From Pseudoalteromonas translucida KMM 520 (GTDB lineage Bacteria > Pseudomonadota > Gammaproteobacteria > Enterobacterales > Alteromonadaceae), in the NCBI RefSeq assembly GCF_001465295.1, contig NZ_CP011034.1, forward strand, positions 390,001 to 422,000: a stretch of 32,000 bases of DNA, read 5' to 3'. Under the pieces are notes generated by a model. It saw only the letters and a list, made by a program, of their open reading frames with translations. It did not search any database and had not been told where the DNA came from. The position numbers and the translations under genes are program-made. Of the stretch, positions 18,389 through 28,392 are shown one piece after another; the first letter of the stretch is position 1, and each line of letters opens with the position of its first letter.

Positions 18389-21055
18389 ATGTCTGAAGTC
18401 AATAAAATTGACGTAGACGCGCTAGAAACACAAGAGTGGTTACAAGCTCTTGAATCGGTTGTGCGCGAAGAAGGTGTTGAACGAGCTCAGTTTTTACTTG
18501 AGCAAGTGTTAGAGCAAGCCCGTTTAGATGGCGTAGATATGCCAACGGGTATTACCACTAATTACGTCAATACAATTCCGGTAGAGCAAGAACCTGCTTA
18601 CCCGGGAGATGTAAATATTGAACGCCGTATTCGTTCAATAATTCGTTGGAACGCGATTATGATTGTATTGCGTGCATCGAAAAAAGATCTCGATTTAGGC
18701 GGCCATATGGCGTCTTACCAATCGTCTGCGGCATTTTATGAAGTGTGTTTTAACCACTTTTTTAAAGCACCAAACGATGTAGATGGCGGCGATTTAGTTT
18801 ATTACCAGGGTCATATTTCTCCGGGTATTTATGCCCGCGCATTTGTTGAAGGGCGTTTATCGGCATCGCAGCTAGATAACTTCCGTCAAGAAGTAGGTGG
18901 CGAAGGCTTACCGTCGTACCCGCATCCTAAATTAATGCCTGAATTTTGGCAGTTTCCTACGGTTTCTATGGGCCTTGGTCCTATTTCGTCTATTTACCAA
19001 GCACGCTTTTTAAAATACCTAGACGGCCGTGGCTTAAAAGACACTAAAAACCAACGTGTTTATGCGTTTTTAGGTGATGGCGAAATGGATGAGCCAGAAT
19101 CTCGTGGCGCTATTTCATTTGCTGCACGCGAAAAGCTAGACAACCTATGTTACTTAGTTAACTGTAACTTACAGCGTCTAGATGGCCCAGTTATGGGTAA
19201 CGGTAAAATTATTCAAGAGCTAGAGGGCCTATTTAAAGGCGCTGGCTGGAACGTAATTAAGCTAGTGTGGGGCAGCGGTTGGGATATATTACTGGCTAAA
19301 GATAAAACCGGTAAGCTATTACAACTAATGAACGAAACAGTTGACGGCGATTACCAAACCTATAAAGCAAAAAATGGCGCGTATGTACGTGAGCATTTCT
19401 TTGGTCGTTACCCTGAAACCGCAGCACTTGTTGCTGATATGACAGATGACGAAATTTTTGCGCTTAAGCGTGGTGGTCATGAGCCATCTAAATTATTTGC
19501 TGCATTTAAAAAAGCAGAAGAAACCAAAGGTCGTCCTACTGTTATTCTTGCTAAAACCGTTAAAGGTTATGGCATGGGTGAAGCGGCTGAAGGTAAAAAT
19601 ATTGCGCACCAAGTTAAAAAAATGGACATGTCGCATGTTGCACACCTACGCTCACGCTTAGGCCTTGACGATTTAATATCTGAAGAGCAACTAACCGAAC
19701 TGCCATATTTAACGGTTGAAGAAGGCTCACCTGAGCACACTTACTTACACGCACGCCGTGAAGAACTAAAAGGTTATACACCTAAGCGTATTGCGCGCTT
19801 TAGCGAAAAGTTAGCTGTGCCAGAAGTAGAGGCGTTTAACCCGCTACTTGAAGAACAAAAACGTGATATTTCTACCACTATGGGTTTTGTTCGTGCACTT
19901 AATATTTTATTAAAAGACAAAGGCATTGGTAAAAACATAGTACCTATTATTGCCGACGAAGCACGTACCTTTGGTATGGAAGGTTTGTTCCGCCAAATTG
20001 GTATTTATAACCCGCATGGCCAAAACTACACACCTCAAGATCGCGATATTGTTTCTTACTATAAAGAAGCTACATCGGGTCAAGTACTGCAAGAAGGTAT
20101 TAACGAGTTAGGTGCAATGTCGTCATGGGTTGCTGCAGCAACATCTTACAGCACCAACGATTTACCCATGATCCCATTTTACATTTACTACTCTATGTTT
20201 GGTTTCCAACGCGTTGGCGACATGGCATGGATGGCAGGCGATCAGCAAGCACGTGGTTTCTTATTAGGTGCAACAGCAGGGCGTACTACGCTTAACGGCG
20301 AAGGCTTACAACACGAAGATGGCCACAGCCATATTCTTGCCAGCACAGTACCTAACTGTATTTCTTACGATCCAACGTACGCATACGAAGTAGCGGTTAT
20401 CATTCAAGATGGTATTCGTCGTATGTATGGTGACGATCAAGAAAACATTTACTACTACTTAACGTTAATGAACGAAAACTACCATCAGCCAGCTATGCCA
20501 GAAGGCGCTGAAGAAGGTATTCGTAAAGGTATTTACAAGCTAGAGAGCTACGCAGGCAAAAAAGCCAACGTACAGCTATTAAGCTCGGGTACTATTATGA
20601 CTGAAGTACGTAAAGCAGCTAAAGTATTGAGCGAAGACTACGGTGTTGCATCTGACGTATTCTCAGTAACGTCTTTCAACGAATTAACGCGCGATGGCCA
20701 AGATGTTGAGCGTTTTAACATGCTTAACCCTGAAGGCGAGCAAAAAACTGCGTATATCACTAGCGTACTAAACGATTCAGTAACGGTTGCAGCAACCGAT
20801 TACATGAAAAACTACGCAGAGCAAGCGCGTTCGTTTATTCCTAGCAATAACTATAAAGTGTTAGGCACCGATGGTTACGGCCGCTCTGATAGTCGCGAAA
20901 ACCTTCGTCGTCACTTTGAAGTTAACGCAGACTACGTTGTAGTTGCTACGTTATCTGAACTTGCTAAACGTGGTGAAGTTGAAAAGTCGGTAGTTATTGA
21001 AGCACTTAAAAAGTTCAATATAGACACCAACAAACTTAACCCACTGTACGCATAA
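18389..21055 (+). CDS. aceE: pyruvate dehydrogenase E1 component (homodimeric type)
   Basis: 888 aa. The ThDP motif is [10 protein letters not shown]...NCNLQRLDG, with full-length AceE resemblance. AAGGAAAC RBS lies upstream. Confidence 0.97.
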   Translation: MSEVNKIDVDALETQEWLQALESVVREEGVERAQFLLEQVLEQARLDGVDMPTGITTNYVNTIPVEQEPAYPGDVNIERRIRSIIRWNAIMIVLRASKKDLDLGGHMASYQSSAAFYEVCFNHFFKAPNDVDGGDLVYYQGHISPGIYARAFVEGRLSASQLDNFRQEVGGEGLPSYPHPKLMPEFWQFPTVSMGLGPISSIYQARFLKYLDGRGLKDTKNQRVYAFLGDGEMDEPESRGAISFAAREKLDNLCYLVNCNLQRLDGPVMGNGKIIQELEGLFKGAGWNVIKLVWGSGWDILLAKDKTGKLLQLMNETVDGDYQTYKAKNGAYVREHFFGRYPETAALVADMTDDEIFALKRGGHEPSKLFAAFKKAEETKGRPTVILAKTVKGYGMGEAAEGKNIAHQVKKMDMSHVAHLRSRLGLDDLISEEQLTELPYLTVEEGSPEHTYLHARREELKGYTPKRIARFSEKLAVPEVEAFNPLLEEQKRDISTTMGFVRALNILLKDKGIGKNIVPIIADEARTFGMEGLFRQIGIYNPHGQNYTPQDRDIVSYYKEATSGQVLQEGINELGAMSSWVAAATSYSTNDLPMIPFYIYYSMFGFQRVGDMAWMAGDQQARGFLLGATAGRTTLNGEGLQHEDGHSHILASTVPNCISYDPTYAYEVAVIIQDGIRRMYGDDQENIYYYLTLMNENYHQPAMPEGAEEGIRKGIYKLESYAGKKANVQLLSSGTIMTEVRKAAKVLSEDYGVASDVFSVTSFNELTRDGQDVERFNMLNPEGEQKTAYITSVLNDSVTVAATDYMKNYAEQARSFIPSNNYKVLGTDGYGRSDSRENLRRHFEVNADYVVVATLSELAKRGEVEKSVVIEALKKFNIDTNKLNPLYA

Positions 21056-21065
21056 GAGGTTTGCA

Positions 21066-21950
21066 ATGAGTATTGAAATTAAAGTACCCGATATCGGTGG
21101 TGATGAAGTAGAAGTAACCGAAATATTAGTAGCCGTTGGCGACGTTGTTGAAGTTGACCAAGCATTACTAACCGTTGAGGGCGACAAAGCGTCAATGGAA
21201 GTACCGGCCGACACTGCTGGCACAGTAAAAGAGATTAAAGTAAGCATTGGCGACAACGTAGCTACTGGCTCTTTAGTGTTTATCTTTGAGGGCGAGAGTG
21301 CAGGCGAAAGCGCAAGTACAGCTAAAAGCGACAGTGCAGCAGAGCAAAAAGCGCCTGCAACTGACGCTAAGCCAGCACCAGCGGCTTCTAGCTCTGCAGT
21401 ACAAGACGTAACTTTGCCAGATATTGGCGATGACGAAGTTGAAGTAACTGAAATATTAGTAGCCGTTGGCGACAGCGTTACTGAAGATCAGTCTATTTTA
21501 AGCGTTGAAGGCGACAAAGCATCAATGGAAGTACCTGCGCCATTTGCTGGCACAGTGAAAGAAATTAAAGTAGCGACTGGCGATACAGTAAAAACTGGTT
21601 CATTGGTATTTGTATTTGAAGTAGCAGGTAGCGAGTCTGCAGCACCAGCAGCTGAATCAACACCAGCCGAAACTAAAGCAGCACCGGCAGCAGCCGAGCA
21701 AAGCTCAGCATCAAGCACAAAAGAAGTTAACGTGCCTGATATTGGTGGCGACGAAGTTGAAGTGACCGAAATTTTAGTAGCCGTTGGCGACAGCGTTACT
21801 GAAGATCAATCGCTACTAAACGTTGAAGGCGACAAAGCGGCAATGGAGCTTCCGGCACCGTTTGCAGGCACAGTTAAAGAAATTAAAGTAGCTACGGGCG
21901 ACAAAGTATCGACCGGCTCGTTAATTTTTGTTTTTGAAGTTGCTGGTGGC
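21066..21950 (+). repeat. three tandem lipoyl-domain coding repeats inside aceF
   Basis: The units lie at about 21066-21290, 21399-21627 and 21720-21950. GAAATATTAGTAGCCGTTGGCGAC is shared by units 1 and 2, and GTAGCCGTTGGCGACAGCGTTACTGAAGATCA by units 2 and 3. Confidence 0.9.
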
Positions 21951-23021
21951 GCACCCGCTGCAGCCGCTAAACCAGAAGCCGAAAAATCTGCACCTGCTGC
22001 TAAAAGCGAAAAGCCAGCGCCAAAAGCCGAAACAGCGACGCAATCTGCTCCAGCAGCTAGCAACGAAAGCTTTGCCAATAACAGCGCGTATGCACATGCA
22101 TCGCCTGTGGTACGCCGTTTAGCACGTGAGTTTGGTATAAACCTAGCTAACGTAAAAGGCTCTGGCCGTAAAAACCGCGTAGTAAAAGACGACGTGCAAA
22201 ACTATGTTAAAAACCTAGTTAAGCAAGTTGAATCTGGTCAATTGTCGGCAGGTAAAGGCAACGCAGGCGGCAGTGAGCTTGGGCTTATTCCATGGCCTAA
22301 AGTTGATTTTGCTAAGTTTGGCGAAATTGAAGAGAAAAAACTATCGCGTATTCAAAAGCTATCGGGTAAAAACTTACACCGTAACTGGGTGCAAATCCCA
22401 CATGTTACTCAGTTCGACGAAGCCGATATAACAAGCCTTGAAGAATTCCGTAAAGAGCAAAATGCCCTTAACGAGAAGAAAAAGCTAGGTGTTAAAATTA
22501 CGCCATTAGTATTTGTAATGAAAGCCGCAGCAAAAGCGTTGGCCGAATTTCCAACTATTAACTCGTCACTGTCTAACGACGGTGAAAGCTTAATTCTTAA
22601 AAAGTACATTAATATTGGTGTAGCGGTTGATACGCCAAATGGTTTAGTAGTACCTGTGTTTAAAGATGTTGATAAAAAAGGCATTATTGAACTATCGCGC
22701 GAGCTAATGGAAGTATCTGTTAAAGCACGCGACGGTAAGCTTACCTCGGCAGATATGCAAGGTGGCTGTTTTACTATTTCAAGCTTAGGCGGTATTGGCG
22801 GTACGGCATTTACGCCGATTGTTAACGCGCCAGAAGTGGCTATTTTAGGTGTATCTAAATCTGAAATGAAGCCAAAATGGAATGGTAAAGAGTTTGAACC
22901 AAAACTTATGGTGCCATTGTCAATGTCGTACGACCATAGAGTGATTGACGGTGCGCTAGCAGCACGCTTTACTGTTACGCTGGCAAGCTACATGAGCGAT
23001 ATTCGTCAATTAGTGATGTAA
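21066..23021 (+). CDS. aceF: dihydrolipoyllysine-residue acetyltransferase E2 with three lipoyl domains
   Basis: There are three lipoyl domains ([11 protein letters not shown] twice and [11 protein letters not shown] once), Ala/Pro-rich linkers, the E3-binding domain [16 protein letters not shown] and the catalytic DHRVIDG. Confidence 0.97.
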   Translation: MSIEIKVPDIGGDEVEVTEILVAVGDVVEVDQALLTVEGDKASMEVPADTAGTVKEIKVSIGDNVATGSLVFIFEGESAGESASTAKSDSAAEQKAPATDAKPAPAASSSAVQDVTLPDIGDDEVEVTEILVAVGDSVTEDQSILSVEGDKASMEVPAPFAGTVKEIKVATGDTVKTGSLVFVFEVAGSESAAPAAESTPAETKAAPAAAEQSSASSTKEVNVPDIGGDEVEVTEILVAVGDSVTEDQSLLNVEGDKAAMELPAPFAGTVKEIKVATGDKVSTGSLIFVFEVAGGAPAAAAKPEAEKSAPAAKSEKPAPKAETATQSAPAASNESFANNSAYAHASPVVRRLAREFGINLANVKGSGRKNRVVKDDVQNYVKNLVKQVESGQLSAGKGNAGGSELGLIPWPKVDFAKFGEIEEKKLSRIQKLSGKNLHRNWVQIPHVTQFDEADITSLEEFRKEQNALNEKKKLGVKITPLVFVMKAAAKALAEFPTINSSLSNDGESLILKKYINIGVAVDTPNGLVVPVFKDVDKKGIIELSRELMEVSVKARDGKLTSADMQGGCFTISSLGGIGGTAFTPIVNAPEVAILGVSKSEMKPKWNGKEFEPKLMVPLSMSYDHRVIDGALAARFTVTLASYMSDIRQLVM

Positions 23022-23042
23022 TCGCTAAAAATGTATGAAATC

Positions 23043-23076
23043 AAATCCCAGCCAGTTGTTTTTTGCTGGGATTTTT
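23043..23076 (+). terminator. hairpin plus T-run between aceF and lpdA (attenuating terminator candidate)
   Basis: AAATCCCAGC (23043-23052) pairs with GCTGGGATTT (23065-23074), followed by TTTTT. Confidence 0.55.
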
Positions 23077-23178
23077 ACCATTTGCAATGATACAATCTTT
23101 GCACAGAATTTCTGCCTCGCAGAAGCATGGCAGTTAAACCTTGGGGCTGTGTCCCGTTCAAATAATTAAGGTAATAGC

Positions 23179-24606
23179 ATGAGCAACGAATTAAAAACTC
23201 AAGTTGTTGTACTAGGCGGTGGTCCTGGTGGTTACTCTGCGGCTTTCCGTGCTGCTGACTTGGGCTTAGAAGTTACACTAGTTGAGTCTCGCGATACACT
23301 AGGCGGTGTATGTCTAAATGTGGGTTGTATCCCTTCAAAAGCGCTTTTACATGTAGCTAAAGTAATTGATGACGCAGCGGCAATGGCCGATCATGGCGTT
23401 ACTTTTGGCGCACCACAAATTGACTTAGACAAAATCCGTTCATGGAAAGACTCTGTTATTGGCCAACTTACTGGTGGCTTAACTAGCATGTCGAAAATGC
23501 GTAAAGTTAAAGTTGTATACGGTTACGGTAAATTTACTGGCAGCAACACCATTGCTGTTGAAGGCACCGACGGTACAACAACAATTACGTTCGATAACGC
23601 AATTATTGCTGCAGGTTCTAAACCAGTTAGCTTACCTTTCATCCCAGAAGATGACCGCGTAATTGACTCAACTGGCGCACTAGAGCTTAAAGATATCCCT
23701 GAAAAGCTACTTGTACTTGGTGGTGGTATTATTGGTCTTGAAATGGGCACAGTATACCGTGCACTAGGTTCAGCAATCGACGTAGTTGAATTTGCTGATC
23801 AACTAGTACCTGCTGCCGATAAAGACATTGTTAAAATTTACCAAAAGTACGTAAGCGACAAATTTAACGTAATGCTTTCTACTAAAGTAACGGGCATTGA
23901 CGCAAAAGACGATGGCCTATATGTAACGTTTGAAGGTAAAAACGCACCAGCAGAACCAGTACGTTACGACAAAGTACTTGTAGCAGTTGGCCGTACACCA
24001 AACGGTAAGTTACTTGATGCAGATAAAGCAGGCGTTAACGTTGATGATCGCGGCTTTATTAATGTTGATAAGCAGCTTAAAACAAACGTTGAGCACATTT
24101 TTGCAGTGGGCGACATTGTTGGCCAGCCTATGCTTGCGCATAAAGCGGTTCACGAAGCACACGTTGCAGCTGAAGTTATTTCTGGTCAAAAACATTACTT
24201 TGATCCTAAATGTATTCCTTCAATTGCCTACACAGATCCAGAAATGGCGTGGGTTGGTGTAACTGAAAAAGAAGCAAAAGAGCAAGGCCTTAGCATTGAA
24301 ACTGCGGTATTCCCGTGGGCTGCATCAGGTCGCGCAATTGCATCTGCACGTACTGAAGGTTCTACTAAGCTTATTTTTGATAAAGAAAGTGGCCGTGTAA
24401 TCGGTGGCGCTATGGTTGGTATTAACGCAGGCGAAATGCTGGGCGAAATTGGCCTAGCAGTAGAAATGGGTGCAGATGGCGAAGACTTAGCGCTTACCAT
24501 TCATGCTCACCCAACATTGAATGAATCAATCGGCCTAGCAGCTGAAATTTACGAAGGTTCAATCACTGACTTACCAAATAAAAAAGCAGTTAAAAAGAAA
24601 AAATAA
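23179..24606 (+). CDS. lpdA: dihydrolipoyl dehydrogenase (E3)
   Basis: It has the FAD motif GGGPGGY, the redox disulfide CLNVGCIPSK, an NAD fold GGGIIGLE and the C-terminal HAHPTLNE. Confidence 0.97.
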   Translation: MSNELKTQVVVLGGGPGGYSAAFRAADLGLEVTLVESRDTLGGVCLNVGCIPSKALLHVAKVIDDAAAMADHGVTFGAPQIDLDKIRSWKDSVIGQLTGGLTSMSKMRKVKVVYGYGKFTGSNTIAVEGTDGTTTITFDNAIIAAGSKPVSLPFIPEDDRVIDSTGALELKDIPEKLLVLGGGIIGLEMGTVYRALGSAIDVVEFADQLVPAADKDIVKIYQKYVSDKFNVMLSTKVTGIDAKDDGLYVTFEGKNAPAEPVRYDKVLVAVGRTPNGKLLDADKAGVNVDDRGFINVDKQLKTNVEHIFAVGDIVGQPMLAHKAVHEAHVAAEVISGQKHYFDPKCIPSIAYTDPEMAWVGVTEKEAKEQGLSIETAVFPWAASGRAIASARTEGSTKLIFDKESGRVIGGAMVGINAGEMLGEIGLAVEMGADGEDLALTIHAHPTLNESIGLAAEIYEGSITDLPNKKAVKKKK

Positions 24607-24626
24607 TTTCTTTTAGTTAATTGTTT

Positions 24627-24656
24627 AAAAACCCAAGCCCAGCTTGGGTTTTTTTA
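24627..24656 (+). terminator. Rho-independent terminator after lpdA
   Basis: In AAAAACCCAAGC-CCA-GCTTGGGTTTTTTT the stem is 24631-24638 paired with 24642-24649, followed by a T-run. Confidence 0.8.
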
Positions 24657-24663
24657 TGGGCGA

Positions 24664-24862
24664 AAAGCAGGTATTAGGTTAAGAGCAGGTATTAGGTTAA
24701 GAGCAGGTTTTAGGCAGAGATCAAACCAAGCTCAGTGTCTGGAGGTATGCGTAGGCGGGGCTTTATGCCGCGCTTATTAATATTAAAAAACTGCGCGAGG
24801 TAAACTTTCGGCTACAGGGTTGTATTACCTTATTGATACCTAAAACCTGAACGCTAAAATAC
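24664..24862 (+). repeat. structured intergenic repeat, copy 6 (three 5' modules)
   Basis: GCAGGTATTAGGTTAAGA occurs twice (24667-24684 and 24685-24702), followed by GCAGGTTTTAGGCAGAGA (24703-20). The core is ATCAAACCAAGCTCAGTGT...TAGGCGGGGCTTTATGCCGCGC...CTGCGCGAGGTAAACTTTCGGCTACAG. The 3' end is GATACCTAAAACCTGAACGCTAAAA. Confidence 0.88.
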
Positions 24863-24943
24863 TCTTTTCACTGCGCCCTTACATATCTATTTTTATCAAA
24901 TATAGCTACAATGCGCGCCTAATTTATTTAAGGTAAACCCCCA

Positions 24944-25618
24944 GTGAAAAATGCCGTTTTAGCATTACGTGCCCAACAAATAAGCGAATCGCGCCGTGAG
25001 TTCAATGCTCGGGGTGCTAAAATGACACGTTGCCAGCAATGCTTACTTGCAGAGCTTTACTGTATTTGCGAAGGGGTTATACAGGCCGATTGCGACGCTG
25101 CTGTTTGTTTACTTATGTATCATAATGAAAGCTTTAAACCTTCAAATACTGGGCGTTTAATCGCCGAAATAATACCTGAAAACTATGCATTTAGATGGGA
25201 CAGAACCGATCCCGATGCCAAACTATTAGCATTAATAAACGATCCACAATATCAGCCTATGGTGGTATTTCCTGCTGAAGATGTAGAGCCGGGCAGAGCC
25301 GTAACTGAAGTAAATATAACAGCCGGTAAAAAACCGCTATTTATATTTTTAGACGGCACCTGGCGCGAAGCTAAAAAAATGATCCGCAAAAGTCCGTATT
25401 TAGATAACCTTCCGGTATTATCGATCACTGCCGACAAACTCTCAGACTACCGCCTACGCGTTGCTCCCCATGCGCACCAACTCGGCACTGCAGAAGTGGC
25501 CATTATGGTGTTAGCGTTAGCGGGAGAGAAGGATGCAGCCTCTAAATTAGAACAGCACTTTATAAAATTCCGCGACGCGTACTTATTAGGTAAACGTAAT
25601 AAAGGTAGGCCAGAGTAA
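24944..25618 (+). CDS. tapT: DTW-domain tRNA-uridine aminocarboxypropyltransferase (YfiP/TapT-like)
   Basis: It is collinear with E. coli YfiP as I recall it (NAVL.LRA...RC.QCLL....C.C, PSNTGRLIA, YQPMVVFPA, PLFI.LDGTW.EA.KM.RKSPYLDNLPV, YRLR, TAEVAI). The start is GTG 24944, with AAGG 9 nt upstream. Confidence 0.85.
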   Translation: MKNAVLALRAQQISESRREFNARGAKMTRCQQCLLAELYCICEGVIQADCDAAVCLLMYHNESFKPSNTGRLIAEIIPENYAFRWDRTDPDAKLLALINDPQYQPMVVFPAEDVEPGRAVTEVNITAGKKPLFIFLDGTWREAKKMIRKSPYLDNLPVLSITADKLSDYRLRVAPHAHQLGTAEVAIMVLALAGEKDAASKLEQHFIKFRDAYLLGKRNKGRPE

Positions 25619-25808
25619 AAAGGGCAGGTTTTAGATATTAGGTTTCAGGCAGAGGTAAGCCAAGCACGGTGTTTAAGCTGCCCGTAGGCGGGGCTTTATA
25701 CCGCGCTTGTTAAAATAAAAAAACTGCACAAGGTAAACTCCTATCTATAAATCAGGATCGAGCTATATCACTTAGCTAGAACTTAAAACTAGAACCTCAC
25801 ACCTGACG
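25619..25808 (+). repeat. structured intergenic repeat, copy 7
   Basis: It starts right after the tapT TAA (25616-25618): AAAGGGCAGGTTTTAGATATTAGGTTTCAGGCAGAGGTAAGCCAAGCACGGTGTTTAAGCTGCCCGTAGGCGGGGCTTTATACCGCGC...GCACAAGGTAAACTCC. The 3' end is CTTAAAACTAGAACCTCACACCTGAC. Confidence 0.85.
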
Positions 25809-26027
25809 CTTTTAATATTTTTATAATTTATTTCCTGCTTCCCTCACATTACTCAAAAAACAAACTACTCTTTTAACAATAGTTATTTGTAACTAAAAAT
25901 ACACTCAATATAATCAACTTTTTTACTATTTAAAAAAATAAAGTAAATAAAAAAGTATTGTAATTGCGCCTTTTACATTTATAAATTATCCTTCAGCGAT
26001 ATATCACCCTAAGGGAATATCATTCAA

Positions 26028-27569
26028 ATGAATCAGCAAAAACAAGCTATAGTCGACCAGGAAGTTACTTTTGGTATTGATGAAGAACTGCTTTCTACTA
26101 CAGATTTGCAAGGAGTCATAACTTACGCAAATGATAACTTTTGTAAAGTTGCTGGATATACATTAGACGAGCTAGTAGGTAATAACCATAGTATGGTGCG
26201 CCACCCAGATATGCCCAAAGCTGCATTTGCCGATTTATGGTCTAATTTAAAGAATGATATTGCTTGGCGAGGTGCAATTAAAAATAGATGTAAAAATGGT
26301 CAATACTACTGGGTTGACGCATTTGTAACGCCCATTTATGAAAGCGGTAAAAAAATTGGCTATCAATCTGTTAGACGCCGACTATTACCAGAGTACTTAA
26401 ACAGTGCAGAAAAACTGTATCAGCGGATTAATAGTGGTAAGTCTATAAATACATTTACTCATAAGCTATCAGTACTCAAACTCCCTATATATTTATGCTT
26501 TAGTGCACTTTTTGCTTGGTTAGTTAGTTATTCACTGTGGTTTATTTTGCTGTTTATTCCTCTGCCTTTTGTTATTTATTATGATCAGCTCGTTTTATCG
26601 CAGCGATACCTTAAAAAAAGAAAAGCCGAGTCAGACAGTATTTCTCGCCATGTGTTTTCGGGCAGTAATATATTTAGTTTTGCAGATTTTCAAATTAAAT
26701 TACTCGAAGGCAAAGTCACTACAATAGTAGGGCGGATCATCGATGGAACATTGAGTTTAGAAAAAGGTGCCAATTCGCTCAAAGCCGTTGCTCAAAAATC
26801 TAAATTGGGAGTTGAAAAAGAAGCTGCAGAGCTACATCAGGTTTCGTCAGCGGTTGAGCAAATGGTTAACTCAATTGATGAAGTTGCCAAAAGTACTGTT
26901 ATAACTACCCAAAAAGTAAATCAAGCGCATTCAAATTGTGAGGCAGCTACACAAGCTATGTCGCAAACTATGGATAAAGTTTCTTTACTCGCAAATGAGG
27001 TAGATAACTCAGCTAATTCAGCTACAGAATTAGCCAAAGAGGCAGGTAAAATTGGCGATATCATGCAAGAAATTCAAGGTATTGCAGATCAAACTAATTT
27101 ACTTGCGCTAAATGCAGCCATCGAGGCAGCGCGTGCTGGAGAGCATGGAAGAGGTTTTTCTGTAGTTGCAGATGAAGTTCGCGCACTATCAAGTAGAACT
27201 CACTCTGCCACTGAGCAAATACAAACATCTATAGCAGAAATGCAGTCAACGTTATTAAGCTGGTCTAAAACGATGGAAGTTGGAAAAAACGCTGCCGAAG
27301 ACTGTGTTAAAGAAACACGCCAAACACAAGAAGTAGTTTCTCAGGTTCATCTTTCTATTAGCGATATTTCAGATATCACGAGCCAAATATCTACAGCTGC
27401 CGAAGAACAAAGTATGGTATCGCAAGAGATTAGCCGTAACATTTACAACATTAGTGAAACCTCAAGCGAAAACCTAACTCAAGCACAATTAGTAGAAGTT
27501 GAATCAGACTCTATTGATAAACGCTCAAAAATGCTTGCATCATTAGGGTTATCTTTCAAAGTAGATTAA
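26028..27569 (+). CDS. PAS-domain methyl-accepting chemotaxis protein (Aer-like energy/aerotaxis receptor)
   Basis: It has the N-terminal Aer-type PAS ([43 protein letters not shown]), a central hydrophobic hairpin, and the MCP signalling hairpin [40 protein letters not shown]. Confidence 0.88.
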   Translation: MNQQKQAIVDQEVTFGIDEELLSTTDLQGVITYANDNFCKVAGYTLDELVGNNHSMVRHPDMPKAAFADLWSNLKNDIAWRGAIKNRCKNGQYYWVDAFVTPIYESGKKIGYQSVRRRLLPEYLNSAEKLYQRINSGKSINTFTHKLSVLKLPIYLCFSALFAWLVSYSLWFILLFIPLPFVIYYDQLVLSQRYLKKRKAESDSISRHVFSGSNIFSFADFQIKLLEGKVTTIVGRIIDGTLSLEKGANSLKAVAQKSKLGVEKEAAELHQVSSAVEQMVNSIDEVAKSTVITTQKVNQAHSNCEAATQAMSQTMDKVSLLANEVDNSANSATELAKEAGKIGDIMQEIQGIADQTNLLALNAAIEAARAGEHGRGFSVVADEVRALSSRTHSATEQIQTSIAEMQSTLLSWSKTMEVGKNAAEDCVKETRQTQEVVSQVHLSISDISDITSQISTAAEEQSMVSQEISRNIYNISETSSENLTQAQLVEVESDSIDKRSKMLASLGLSFKVD

Positions 27570-27700
27570 AGGGCGGGTAAGAGCAGGCATCAGGCAGAGA
27601 TTAAGCCAAGCTCGGTGTTTAAATTACCCGTAGGCGGGGCTTTATGCCGCACTTGCTAAAATTAAAAAGCATTGCGCGAGGTAAACTCCCAACTGCAAGC
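27570..27700 (+). repeat. structured intergenic repeat, copy 8
   Basis: It starts right after the MCP TAA (27567-27569): AGGGCGGGTAAGAGCAGGCATCAGGCAGAGATTAAGCCAAGCTCGGTGTTTAAATTACCCGTAGGCGGGGCTTTATGCCGCAC...TTGCGCGAGGTAAACTCCCAACTGCAAG. Confidence 0.85.
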
Positions 27701-27707
27701 TCAAGGT

Positions 27708-27740
27708 TAAAGATCAAACCAAGCTCGGTATTAAAGCCAA
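27708..27740 (+). repeat. partial extra repeat fragment (left-core module only)
   Basis: AAAGATCAAACCAAGCTCGGTATTAAAGCC matches the AGAGATCAAACCAAGCTCAGTGT segment of copy 6. Confidence 0.6.
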
Positions 27741-27764
27741 ACACGTTGTTTGGCTGGATTTTTA
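27735..27764 (+). terminator. hairpin plus T-run (candidate terminator for the MCP transcript)
   Basis: AGCCAAACA (27735-27743), loop CGT, TGTTTGGCT (27747-27755), then GGATTTTTA. Confidence 0.5.
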
Positions 27765-27815
27765 CAGCCACTTAACCTCTACTTTTATTCCTTTGAACTT
27801 CTATTTAATTAGTCA

Positions 27816-27843
27816 TTTACATATAAACTACATAGGGTATAAT
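27816..27843 (+). promoter_or_regulatory. candidate sigma70 promoter for the wza operon leader
   Basis: TTTACA (27816-27821), 16-nt spacer, TATAAT (27838-27843). It lies about 650 nt upstream of the wza ATG and about 330 nt upstream of the JUMPStart-like element. Confidence 0.35.
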
Positions 27844-28173
27844 TCTGCGCTCATTTAGTTTGACATTGTGTTTTTTGCAATTGATTACAAGTGTTGATTG
27901 CTATGGAAAGCTGGGTATTAACTACCAAGAAAGCCTCGAAATAAACAGCGAGCGAACTGCAATAAAAAACCACTTTCCAATTAGTAAATCACAATAGATT
28001 AATTGCCTTACACGCAAATTTAAAGCTAAGCGCTTTATGGCTTATAAGTGAAGTTTTACACATCTCTTTTAGTCACTATAAGTTTTAGCTAAAATTAGAG
28101 AGCACAACGGTATTTACTGATAGTGCTTTTTGATGTGTATTTTTAATACCAAAAATCAAAAATTAAATTTTAC

Positions 28174-28210
28174 CAGTACGTAGGAACTGCAACCTAGGGG
28201 CGGAAGCGTG
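28174..28210 (+). promoter_or_regulatory. JUMPStart-like element with ops-like motif (RfaH antitermination site)
   Basis: CAGTACGTAGGAACTGCAACCTAGGGGCGGAAGCGTG compared with the JUMPStart consensus as I recall it, CAGTGCTCTGGTAGCTGTTAAGCCAGGGGCGGTAGCGTG. The ops core GGCGGTAG is here GGCGGAAG (28199-28206). It is in the untranslated leader of a polysaccharide export operon. Confidence 0.6.
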
Positions 28211-28359
28211 TCCGAAGGACTAGAGAGTAAATAGATATACTTTTAGATTGGAGCGAGAAAAGCTCTGCGACGAACAGGGCCGCAAGCGTGTTTGAGGTCA
28301 TAAGCGCTAAGAAGATAAAGTTTTTAGTAAAGAGTAAGGGTCCAGCAACTATATTGAAG

Positions 28360-28392
28360 AACCTAGAACCTAGAACCTAGAACCTAGAACCT
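28360..28392. repeat. heptanucleotide microsatellite (AACCTAG) x 4.7
   Basis: AACCTAG occurs at 28360, 28367, 28374 and 28381, with a partial AACCT at 28388-28392. It lies 100 nt upstream of the wza start. Confidence 0.95.

Noticed and set aside
21488-22078. 76-aa and 90-aa ORFs antisense to the aceF linker regions (and the ORF at 20951-21256 antisense across the aceE/aceF junction)
   Set aside because: These are the antisense of Ala/Pro-rich linkers and repeated lipoyl domains. The repetitive low-complexity reading frames stay open by chance.
23077-23178. Independent lpdA promoter (TACAAT at about 23091)
   Set aside because: A -10-like hexamer is present, but I could not find a matching -35 at 16-18 nt. 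The promoter is plausible by analogy with E. coli lpd but is not supported by the sequence alone.
24667-24720. Possible mini-CRISPR (regularly spaced 18-bp repeats)
   Set aside because: The units are directly adjacent with no spacers, there are only three of them, and they form the 5' module of the intergenic repeat family. No cas genes are present in the window.
25960-26027. FliA (sigma28) promoter upstream of the MCP gene
   Set aside because: GCGATAT near 26006 only partly matches GCCGATAA, and no TAAA lies at the required 15-nt spacing.
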